A DNA stretch of 64,000 bases. Source: Klebsormidium nitens (lineage: Eukaryota > Plantae > Klebsormidiophyceae). Shown here in pieces: positions 10,901-22,687 of this stretch. Made by a program: the position numbers and the translations under genes. Below the pieces are notes generated by a model. That model made no database searches. It saw only the letters and a list, made by a program, of their open reading frames with translations, and was not told where the DNA came from. Position 1 is the stretch's first letter. Each line of letters begins with the position of its first letter. The stretch spans positions 1 to 64,000 of the forward strand of contig DF237155.1 in assembly GCA_000708835.1 (NCBI GenBank). The letters run 5' to 3'.

Positions 10901-13900
10901 AGTTCTCTCCCAGCTCGGGCCCTTGACCTCGCACCCAAGATGGTGTTTTCGACGGACTGTGCGATAGTTCCCCCGAGGGCAGAGGGTATGGTTTTCGTCG
11001 ATTGCGGTGAATTCCACCTTATGAAGTGCAGACTGGCCGAGCAACATCTTGGGTGCGAATTGTAGGTGCCCGAGGCAGGGACTTGAGCAATACGGCAGAG
11101 TGGCTACTTTGGCAGTGAAAACCTAGCAGCTCAGTCCGGAAACTCCGACCACTATGCTCTTTGGCGTGCTGCACTGACCTGGCCGTCGAAGCCGTGCGGC
11201 AGCAGCAGGACGAGGCCGGTGGGCGTGGCCCACTTCTCCTCGCCGCTCGTGATGAACGTGTCGATGATCAGCTGCGCGTTGTTGGAGAAGTCGCCGAACT
11301 GAAAGGAACAAACAAGCGGCGTCGAGAAACACTGCGATCATCCGTTCGACTCCTGACTGACCGTCCGACATTTCGAAGAAGGCGGAGGACAAAAAGTAGC
11401 TAAAGACTGCTGAGAGAAGTCCAGGCAGGAGCGAACGGTGACCGAGGCACGCCACAAATCCTATGGAGGCGCCCGAACGGAGTCCGGCAGAAGGCAAAAC
11501 AGCGTGACAGGTTTTGCAGAAGTGCGGCGGTCCCTTTGCTTGTGCGTGCTGACCTGCGCCTCCCAGAGCACGAGCGCGCTCTCGTTCTCGAGCGAGAAGC
11601 CGTACTCGAAGCCCAGGACCGCTGCCTCCGACAGGCTCGAGTTGCACACCTTGAACAGCTCCTGCTGCCCCGGGGCGATGTGGTTCAGCGGTACGTACCT
11701 GCGCATACACAGTTTAAAGTCGTTAACGAATTTCGCTCGCCCCCTCGACGCTAACCTTGGACATTTTAAGTTCTCGGTTATGAGCTGCCCTTTAAAAGAC
11801 CTGTGCGGCAATAACCATTGGAAAGAGATTGTTGTAACCTCTTCATTTTCATCGTGACCGACCTACTGTAGTCATCGGCTTTGGTTGCCCTTTTGATAAT
11901 CCAATCAATGGCTCTCACCTCTTGGCGGTGGTTTGGTCGTAGAGCACGGCGTGCCGCTGGTTGAACGTGCCCCGCTCGCAGTCCTGCCCGCTGAGGCGCA
12001 CGTGGTGCGCCGGGTTGGTGGCCGCCGTCTGGCCCAGCGCCGCGTTGGGGTGCACCAGCAGCGACCCGAACGCCAGCGCCTCCGCCGTCGCCCAGTCCAC
12101 GCCGCGCTCGCTCTCCACCATGCGCCGACGGGCAGCCAGCAGCCGGGCCACCTGCGGGCCGGGACAACGAGGTGGAAGTCTGCCCTCTGAGGCCGGGGGA
12201 GGGATCGCTTGAGTGGTTTCATGCGAAAGGCATAGAGCGAGAAGCAGAGACGGAAAGGGAGGGCGGCTTACGTCGGGGTGAAGGTCGAAGTCGGGAGGTG
12301 GTTCGCTGATGGCAAGCCCCTGCAGGAAGGCACCGATAGGATCGTCAAGTAATGCCCGCACCGCACCGCACCGCAAGTGAGAGGAGCGCGGGCTTCGAGC
12401 TTCGCAATGGCCTAGCTTGGCTAAACAGCACGTTGTGACAAAACAGATATCGTTACCCTCGTTCCTTGGCCCCAGACGTCTCGTGGAAAAGCTTCCAGTA
12501 TTGCCCGATAACAGGCCGACTCTGATGCAAGCTCTTGCCGTCTGCTGCGACTAACCACTTGCTTGAGCGTCTCGAGGGGCAGCCCGGTGGGCACGACGCT
12601 GCGGGACTCGCCAGCCCCCCCCAGCGCGTCGCCCTGCCAGTTGCTGGCCAGCCACTCCTGGGGCGCAGGGATGTACGCGGCCGCCGCGGCGTACTCGGAC
12701 TCGAATGCGCTTGTGAACTCGGCCGTCCAGGCATCCACCACCTGGGAAAAGCACGGGGGGAACACATCAGCTGAGCTCTGATAACAGAAAGGTACAAGTT
12801 GGACCTACACAGAGCTTGCGGTCGAATCAGTGTTTGCCGCTCTCTACCGCACCCAACATGTCCTAACCCGGTCCCAGCACCAAACTTGTGTGGACACTGT
12901 GGAAAGCTTTGGATGCAAGCGTTTCCAAAAAAGGATTCCTTGATGCTATCAAAGACGCTTGTATGCGCAAGAGGGCGGCGATCCAGCAGTCCTCTGCGAG
13001 CAGGCCGCCTTACCTCCTGCGTGACCCACTTCTCGGCAAGTGCGCGCTGCAGGTACAGCTGGTACGTACTGGGGTGGCTAGCAATGATCTTGGACGTCAG
13101 GGGCTGCGTCACGCGGGGGTCGTCCTGTGCTGGCAGAGCAAGAGGGTGAGGCCATTGAAGTTCCAACTTACATCGCAGTTCAAAGCAACTCGAGAGAAGA
13201 TTGCAAGCACATAGGTTAGTGTAGGTGAGTTGTTGGAAGACGATGAGAGTCCCTTGCCTGCTCATTGTGGCCGTGCCGGCGGTAGCAGACGAGGTCCACC
13301 ACCACGTCTCGCTTGAAGCGCTGCACGAAACAGACACGCGCGTCAGCTGCCGCCGGAATCAGAGCGAGGTTGACGGCAGTCCGGAAATGTTTCGCTCTGT
13401 TGCTCTACGCCCGTGCGGCACGAGATCTGGGGCGTCAACCATTCCAGGAGTCTGCAGAAGAATGAGCACGGGCCCACCTGGCGCCAGTCGACTGCCAGCT
13501 GGCACACGCGCACCACGGCCTCCGGATCGTCCCCGTTGACGTGGAAGATGGGCGCACCCACACCCTGCACGCGGAAAGCGGACTTTGTCTGAGGTTTCAT
13601 GAGACACGCAAAGGTTTCGCGAAGAACTACTCGACGACAAGACAGGACGACCAGAAGCTTCCGTGCGAGCAAGCAGGATTGGAAGAAGCGATAAGGCCAG
13701 GTACCTTGGCGACGTCGCTGGGGTGCGGCGAGGAGCGCGCGAGCTTGGGGTCGGTGGTGAAGCCGATCTGGTTGTTGAGGATCACATGGATGGTGCCGCC
13801 CGTCGTGTACTCGGGCAGGTCCGACAGCTGGCACACGGGCAAACGGGTTAATGTGGAGGTTTGGAAAGAAGATGGGGCATTCAACGGTGCCACCTTGTGC

Positions 13901-16900
13901 GCATAGACGAAAGTAAGCTTTGGATACGAAGGAAACGAATGTGAAATTGTTCCATTTTGATAGGACCTGACGAACAGCGTTGCACTCTTCGAAGAAGGTC
14001 TTGCAACTACGATACAATCAAATACTTGACTTAGCCGGCTCACCTGCATCACTTCGACCGGCAGGCCCAAGCCGCAGAACGCCGCATCACCGTGGAGAAG
14101 GAGGCCCTGCACAGACCGTCCAGAACGAACTCTCAGTTGGCGAATCGATGGCTTTTCTCAGGCCGTTCGAGGGCCGGAAGACGGCCTTGTACTGACGGCA
14201 CGGACAGAAAAGCACTCTCAAGGCCACTTCGTCCACATATGTCAGCAAGCAATGTAGAAAACCACGGTCGTGAACGCTTCTGTATGTCAAATGCACTCTA
14301 CGCAAGAATCCGCGACACCGACTCCAAGTCTGACGTCCAGGAGACGGCGTGCGGCGTGCTCACCAGGACCTTTTCTTGCTTGACGTCGTTTTTGAAGAAC
14401 TGCTTGGCCTTGGTCTTGCCCACCACCACCGCGTCCACCGCCTCCAGGTGGCTCGGGTTGGGCGACAGCGACACCGCAATCTGCAGCAACAAAAACGGAG
14501 GAAAGGTTTGAATCAGTACTGACTTTTCAAGCACCACGTTGCTGGGTCATCGAGACAGATGTACCAGAATACGCCTTCGTTTGACACGGCTAACAAAACG
14601 TCGGCTCGCGGTCAACCCTCGACATCTGAAAAGAGTCTGCAAGCGGCTGACCCCCACCTTCTTTCCCCCAAACTCGAGCTCCCCGCGCGTGCCGAGGTGG
14701 TACTTGACGTCCCCCACCTGCAGATACTTTGCGCGGCCGCCCATGAACTCGGAGATCATGGCGCCCAGCGGCTTGCGCAGAAAGTGGTGCAGCACGTTCA
14801 GCCGGCCCCTGCACGCACCCACCAGGCTCAGCGAGGCGCACCCGCTCGTGTCGGCAGTCTGCGAAGGCTGTACTGATGAGATCTGGAGAACTGTAGATTC
14901 AGTCGTGTCATACTGACGGCAACACTTTGTCAGCAGGTTTGAGAGCAAACAAGATGTGAAAGGAAGTGAGGGGTGTGTAGAAAGCGAGCGGCCTGACCTG
15001 TGCGCCATTCCCAGCTCGATGTTTTCAACCCCCGACTGGGCTGCCCGCTGCAATTATAAGGACTGGGTTACTCGCTGAATCTTTCCAGAGATCGAGAAGT
15101 CACGTTCAGCTGCATCTGACAAGACGTGTTGCGATGTAACGGGAGTTGAACGCCCACGAAATGCTCAAAAACGATACAATTTCGCAGCCCAGTGCAACCA
15201 TAGCTTCTCACGACCTTTCGAAGGAAAGCGGTCGCGTAACTGACCTCTGCCAGGGCAAACAGCCCCGCCATCAGGCTCTCGCATCCTTCAATGCCAAACC
15301 GCTTGGCGCTGGGGAACTTCGTGGCGAAAAAGCGCTCCAGCTGATCTGGACAGTCAGACAGGAGAACGGGTTGTGTCGCCAGCTCAGAGACGTTTTGACG
15401 CATTGAACACGATAATAATCTTGGAGAAGCATGGAGTAGCCTTGTCTTCTCATGGGGTACCATGAGGAAGTGCGTTATTGTCGACAGGGGCACAACAACG
15501 AGGACCAGGTTGAGGACCAGGTCGCCAAGCGATGTACAAAGCTGGTTTCAAACACCCAATGAGTTGCGAAAATCGATGAGTAATTCCTACTTGTTAGCCC
15601 CAATGGTTCGAACAACTGAAACTTCGACTCATCATACTGACTTCTAACACGACAGTGATGTTGAAAACAAGTTTCACTAATCACCTGTGTAGAGTAGGCG
15701 GCGCAGGATGAGGCGCTTCTCGGAGGGGCTGAAGAAAGACCGGTTAACGGGCCGCTCGACCATGGATCGCACCCACTCCTTCTGTTCCTTGGTGTTCACG
15801 TGCTCGTACTCGACCGTCAACGTCCCACAGTAACTACATGACGCCAATATTTCGAATTCGCTGAATCCAAGAAGCTATCATCACAAGTAGCCTTCAAACG
15901 AGAGGGCTACGTCTTTCGAATGAGTGGTGGGGCGGACAAACATGATTACAGTCTTTACACTGAGAAGTTCACTGGCCCGAGTCGCGGTCGTACCTGGCCC
16001 TCATAAGCGCCACGATCTCTGGGACCGTCCAGAAGAGCTGCGCGGCCTTGGCGATCCTGAGCTGATCACCCAGAAAGTATCTGCACACAGTGGGCAGCCA
16101 CATGAGCGAAGTGACTTTACGAGAAGCGGACTTCCGCCTTCCTTCACAGATTTTGCAATTGTCCGAGGTTAGGTTAACATGTTCTGTTGACAGAATCCAC
16201 CCTCCTCGAGATGCAACAGTCTAGGAGAACGTCACAGTCGTTATAAGAAAACTTAGGACTTTCAGCCAGGTACGGTCCACTTTCGAAAGACGAAGGGCCA
16301 CTCGAAGCCCTTTTTAGAAGACAGCTTATAATGGATTGGCTGCCACCAGTGTTCTGCGCACCTCGTGCGAAGGTCCACTCCTTTCAGTCCCACTGCGGAG
16401 AGGTCCAGCCGGGGGTAGTTCTTCATCAGCCGGTGCAGATCCTCAGCGTTGACTGGCTTGCCAATGTTGGCATCGCCATCGCCCTCCGTCAGCGGGCCAA
16501 GAGTGCGGCCCAGGGGGTCTGGACACCAGCTAAAAAGGTCCTCACCAAGAGCTTTCCAGCCAAACAGCTTTCCAGCAAGATTGTCCAGCCAGGTTTTTCC
16601 AATCCATAAAGTTTTTGATTGGTGGAGTCAGCAGAGTCATGGCATTTCAAGAAAGGCGAAGAGGGGGCAAAGCAAAATATTACAACAAGTGAGCTCCTGG
16701 AATGCTTTGCAAATGGCATTTGAGTGTCCGGAATTTATGTAACAAGATATGGAGTGATAGGAAGAAGTGGGATGGATGACATGAGGACATTATACAGCAG
16801 AAAGTTCTGATTGCTGTGGCCGATGTGGGGCCCAGCTTCCCCAAGCTCCCACTATGCTTTATTGCACTGATGCAGCTCAGCGAGGTGGTGGTGTGCCCTC

Positions 16901-17454
16901 ACCAAGCGTCGCTGCAAAGTGCCCCCTGCTACGGAACGCACGAATCAGCGTCACCAGCTTCAGCGTCTGTGAGATGTGCCTGATGTCCTGGGGGGGCTGT
17001 GGCCCTGCTTGTGCTTCACCAGGCACCCCATGCGTGCTGCTTGCACCACCTTTGGCAGGATGCGCCTGAGAAGTGCTTCTGTGAAACCGCCGGCCGTGCA
17101 ATTTCCAAATACTCTGCAGGACACCCTGGGTGCCAATTCTTGGGACCGACATTGTGGAGCTACGGCAATTCACTAACACAAAGATGGTACCCAACCCATA
17201 CAGCTTGCGGCATCATATCAAATGCACTGTCTGCTGGAAATTGGAGCAGCTCATTTGGTAGGAAGTTGCATCAGTGAAGCACCAAACCCTCGGAAAGTCA
17301 TTGCGCTCAGCAATACTAGGATGGTCTGCATTTGATGAGGAGAACCTAATGCCAATGCTAGTAATGCGGGCGCCCCACCAAAAGTACTAATAGAACCCCT
17401 TGCGGCTTGCCTCTGCCACTGGCAGTGGCGCTGCGCCAAACTGCGCCCAGCATT
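7996..17454 (-). CDS. OGDH: 2-oxoglutarate dehydrogenase E1 component (ThDP-dependent), over 20 exons, with an EF-hand-pair insertion; 5' end uncertain
   Basis: Exons give the following in order: [74 protein letters not shown]...[151 protein letters not shown]. Stop at 7996. The start codon is unresolved (about 17450-17700). Confidence 0.95.
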
Positions 17455-17923
17455 GAAGGTAGGTAGAAGAGGGTTATTAGCTCGGGGTTAGAGTTAGCCT
17501 TGGTAGTCAAGTAAACCGCGCCGATGAAGCGGGAGTGCACAGAAGCACGCCACGTGCTGTCGAGTCGCTCCGCCGATCGCACGGCTGGGAGCATTCCATC
17601 TGGCAACGTTGTGCATTCACACAGAGGCCATCCATGGCTGCCATGGCAGCTTCCTGTGCACAGCTCATGCAGCTCAGGGTATGGCGCCAGCACCATCACC
17701 TGATTGATTTCGAAGAAAGGGCATAGCTAGCTAGGTATCTGTGACGAGCAAGGTGTGGGCAGCTCAGGCCCAGGGTCTGATCGATCTGCCTTCCACAATT
17801 GCCTCACGCGACAAAGTGTCTTACCCCACACAGATTGGATCACTCGCCACGCCGACGCAGGTCTGCATTGAATTTGATTTTCTGGAGGTCTTGTGACCAT
17901 CCGGCCACAGATTGCACCTAACG

Positions 17924-20900
17924 ATGTTGGCGAGTGTGGCGCAGCGAGGAGGCTCGCTTGCGCATCCTTTTCTAGACAGATCCCAAGAAAGACCCGCTTC
18001 TTCTTGTCAATCAGATCACCCTGTCCTTGGCTCGATCAGCTCCTGTAAAGGTCTCAAAACCCGGACTCGGAAGGAGAGGATCTTCAAAAATGAGAAAAAG
18101 CAGCAAGGGCCTCGGAGGCCCAGTCTGGCAAGGTCAGTGCAGCCATTGACCTCAACAATATGGGGTGACTGTGAGCTCCCCTTCTCGAGTCTCCTCCTGA
18201 TGGTCATCTCAGCAGCTTCTCAGATAAGCGCTGTGCGGGGTGTTGCCAATGCGGAATGGTGTGCTCCCAGTCTCTATGTGTCCACCAGGCAGCATCTCAA
18301 CTCCTCAGTAGCGAATCCCGCCTGGATGTGCCCCCTGGAATGGAAGCAGACAACCGGGCAGAGATTACCGGCCCGGTAAGATGCAGATCTAGTGCGCACA
18401 GATGTTGGGAACTGGGGCTTTGAGACCAGGGGAATCAGTGGACGGGCGATGATGTACAATCACAAAAGTGACAGCAGCTTAATCTCTCGGGTGAACTCAC
18501 AAGATCCTTCCGTAGAGTATGTCTCAGAGTCCTTCACATTATGGCGGGCTTAATGCAATGTGTAACACACTGATTACTTTGGTCGAAGCTCAATCATGTC
18601 TTACGGTCGCAGCCTTAGCACTGGCTTTTGGAAAGAAAAAGGAACAAAGAGCAGAGTTTGATTTTCTCAGAAGTTTCAACCTGTCTCCTAGAAAATCCTA
18701 GGATTCTTAATCTGTCCATAAAACCTGCTCTTTAAACACCGCCAGACTTTTTGGGTTCTCAGCCCTTAATTCCATCCCCATACTTCGGCCAACTGAACCA
18801 TATTGGTCTTGGATCCTATTATGGTTTCATACATTTTGCCACTGGTTGCAGGACGATTGCCACCACTTGTGCCGCCAGCACTGTAAACCCCAGCACTACA
18901 GATGATCGACCTGAGGCTTTTGGGATAGGAAATATCATCCTTGGTAAGAGTTACGCCCTTCAGGTGTTGCTGACTTAATGGTAGCTGGCTTTCTGGAAGA
19001 TTGACAATGCGCTGAGGTCATGTAGGATCGCGTGAGGATTATTGCGATGACTCCTGTGATATCCTTATTCTGACAAGATTTGTTGTGTCTTGCCATGCAA
19101 ACATTCTGTCAGCAGAATATTCATTGACCAGCTGATTAGATTTCTAATATGTCTCGGTTTTCCATCACAGGCATCGATATTGGGGGCACCAGGTACGCCG
19201 CATCCTCATGTTCGATTTGTGTGCACCTGTCCCAACGTTCGCTTGACAGCTTGAAGCTGAGAAGTAGTCAGCATTCCTGACATCTGAGACTCACTGGTTG
19301 CTCATCATCATTTCCTCCATTGTATATGCAGAGTCATTTCGGAAATAGAGCCTCAGATGCTGAACAGAAACACTGTACCCTGAACGCCTTACTACATAAC
19401 TTTTGTGCCTCACTGTGTGTTCTCTTCCCGCCTGTCTTGCCCAGTGTAAAGGGGGCCCCTGTCGACACCCGCACGGGCACGTTGATGAGAGAGCGTCATC
19501 GCATCTGTACGCCACAGCCAGCCACCCCAGAAGCAGTGGCGGCAGTTGTCAAGGAAATGACAGACCACTTCGACGTGAGTCCGGCCCAGCTGCCTAAGAT
19601 CCTCATGAGCTCGGTAATCTTTTGCATGTACAGCCCGTGAGAACTCGGGCAGCTCGAAGATGCTGCAAAGTTCGAAGAACGAGAAGATTGGTTTTGCTTG
19701 AGGCTCATAAGCTCGATACTTCGAAGTTGTACTCGACTTTTTACTATTCTTGCCACCTTTTGCAGTGGGCAGGCCGCCCTGTAGGCATCGGCTTTCCAGC
19801 GGCGATCCGGGACGGACAAGCACTGACAGCCGCAAACTGTGAGTCTCGTTTAGTTTGTGACAACCGTCAAATCCGCTCCCAGGTCCCACGTAAACAGTGA
19901 CTCGAGTGGAAACATGTATACACCGTCTTTTGTTTGGAGAAAGCACCTCGATTCTCATGACAAACAAAGTTGGCAGAACAAGCGTCGAGACGTTGCTTCG
20001 AGGGTGGCTCTACTTCGACCGCCGCCAAATGCCCGGAATACTGTGACGAATCGCATTTTAAGGGTCGGTCGCCCTGCTTACATCGCTTCACTTGTCGTGG
20101 TCTGCAGTAGATAAGCGGTGGATTGGGGTCGACACGTTGGAGCTGTTCCAGAATGCGACGAACTGCTCGAACCTGGTAGTTGTGAACGATGCGGACGCGG
20201 CCGGTTACGCCGAGATGGGGTTCGGGACGGGCAAGGGCGAGCGGGGTGCAGTGCTCATGATTACGTTCGGTACGGGGGTGGGGACAGCGCTCTTCATCGA
20301 AGAAGTCCTGGTGAGCTATTAGGAGTCGCGGACTCTTTAGAACGATGCCTTTTTCTCGAGATTCAAGCGGCTCAAAAGTTTCTTACAAAGAATCTTGGCC
20401 GCAATCCTCTGCTCCTCGCACTGCAGTGAAAGTCGAGAGGGTCTTTCGCGCTTGGCCTTACTATTGGGACGTCGTTCGAACCTTGGTGCGCAGACTCACC
20501 TACCTGCAGCTCGGCGCCAAACCAAGTGGAAAACCTTCGGAAGCATTATCGTTGTTTTTGGAATTGGCGTCGCTCGTTTCCTTCGAGGCAGAGACAAATT
20601 GCGGTCGCAGAAAGTTCTCAGAAAGTTCTTTTTTGTAATCTTCTTTTTCAAGATCTGACGGTCGTCACAAGCGGTCCTGACATTGCAGGTGCCTTGTCAC
20701 TTCGCTTTCGGTCGAAAGAGACGCAGTTGGGCTGGTTCGAAAAGAACCTTCGCACGATCTGATTGTCGCTTGCTTCCGGAGCAGGTCCCAAACCTGGAGC
20801 TGGGCCACATCGAGATCGACGGGGAGGACGCTGAGCCGTCGACGGCGGGCGTGGTTGTCGAGCGGCTGGGGCTGACGTGGCAGCAGTGGGCAGACCGCGT

Positions 20901-21559
20901 GACACGCTATCTGACGGTTATGGAGAGATTGCTATGGCCCAACCTGATCATCGTGGGCGGCGGGGTTAGCGAGGCGGCGGATCAGGTGGGCGGTCGATGT
21001 ATGCCCTTGCACGGTTCAGAAGAGAAGCTGCAATTTCTCTTGTAAAGAAGACTTGAGGAACTGCGTAAAGATCCCGCATTTTCAACCTGTACTTGTGATT
21101 CATGTCGTGGCCCGTTCATTTGAAATGGCGGAAATACTGTCAAAGAGTCCATTGCAGTCTCGAAGCCAAGAGCAGGGCGCTCGCGGCCCGTTGCGTGTCT
21201 CCTATTGAAATGGCGCGGTCATCTAGAAATGGCGGGAGTAGTGCCAGCGAATGCATCGCAGTGATGAAGCTAAGAGCCTGTCGCTCGCGTTTTGGTGCGT
21301 GTCCCATTGAAATGGTCGTGCCTTGCTTTTGAATATCTGTCCGACTCGCGTCCGACCTTGTTGAGGAGCTCTTACATCAAATGCGATCTGCCCAGCCACT
21401 TAACATATCAAACCGCTGAAGGTCCTCTTGTCCTTGCAGTGGCTGCCTTTGGTTAAACTGCCGGGGAAAACGCAGATCAGGGTCGCCACCATGCGGAACG
21501 ACGCCGGGATCGTGGGTGCAGCTCTTGCATGTTTAGCAAAAGCTGCTTTGGATTACAAG
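17924..21559 (+). CDS. ppgK: Polyphosphate glucokinase (PpgK-like, ROK family) with spliceosomal introns and a long N-terminal extension; final exon not resolved
   Basis: The spliced chain reads NIILG|IDIGGTS|[43 protein letters not shown]|[17 protein letters not shown]...TAAN|DKRWIG...[18 protein letters not shown]...[12 protein letters not shown]|[17 protein letters not shown]...[13 protein letters not shown]...[12 protein letters not shown]|WLPLVKLPG...[11 protein letters not shown]. Core exons lie at about 18852-18943, 19171-19193, 19445-19574, 19768-19840, 20108-20310, 20784-20985 and 21448-21559. Confidence 0.9.
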
Positions 21560-22687
21560 GTGTGCGTTACGGTGGATGAGTTGACTGACGCCTGACCAGA
21601 AGCAGAACATACGCTGTCACGCAATCCCAATTGCCTTCAGAGTAATCGGTGCCGCTGTGCTTCGAGCTTCATAATTGCTGGCTCTCACAATCCTTCTTAT
21701 GTCAGATAGTCTTATGTCACACTCCATGCTTCACAATCCACTTAAGTCGGATCAGTAGCGCCTGTGGAACGGTTCAAGAGCATATGACAGTTGAGGCGAC
21801 AAGCCCTTATCTATGCAAAGAGTTACAATAGATGCTACTGTCAAGTATAATTGTCAGGTTTCTGCGGAGAGGCGCACGGCATGATGCATATGTCATAAAC
21901 AGGTATTTACGGTCCTGGCAGTGTCGTTTCGAATACTTCCTTAGTCATGTGGAATTGAATGAACTGAACTCGCATTGTAGATGACTGATGCTACGCAAAA
22001 GTTAACATGTGGTCATGGCACGCCTCCATGCCACGTATGCATCTTCATGCAATGTGCATGTGCAACTTGAAGCAACAGATCCGGCCCTGATACACGATCT
22101 CATAGGAGTCGGACGACAACATGCAGCAGCTTGGATACACTCAGAGGCTCGGCGGCAAGCTCGTTAACCGACTGCAGCTGCCACGCTTCAGAGACGGGTG
22201 GTTCTTGTAAGCGATCGTTTTTCTCTCTCAAGTACGTTATGAAGCGAACGGCCAGGCAACGTAAGAAGGTGCCACTGTACTCATTCGTAGGAAGGAAGCT
22301 GTAAGGTGTCATCAAGGCATGGTCTGGTAAAATCCTAGGCGGCCTATACTTTGCTATAGGCACTTTGGCAACAACATTGCACTACCCGCTACCTTCCTAG
22401 AAAAAATCATGTGATCTCAATGTGGCGATTGCTCAGAGTAGTCGCATGAGATGTTCCTCACTGGCTACCCGGCAAAAAAGAATGATGAACGGCTCTAACT
22501 TCGGGTCTAAGGTGCAGCGTGGCACCCCTCGGGCGTGAACGTACTCTAGTACGACTAGACTCTTCCTGCTATGCACGTGCCGATTGATGTGTGAAAGTCG
22601 TTTCAGCCGAATCAGAAGCTCGTCTAATAACCGCAATCCTACCCGCCCCAACGGGCAGTGGAGGGATAGTGTAGCAACCGCTGTGGG

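Noticed and set aside
3247-14200. Many long plus-strand and alternative-frame ORFs over the GT and OGDH exons
   Set aside because: They are antisense or off-frame shadows of GC-rich coding exons with no recognisable motifs.
17924-21559. Bacterial contamination as an explanation for ppgK
   Set aside because: The coding sequence is interrupted by several canonical, phase-compatible GT-AG introns and is flanked by eukaryotic genes.
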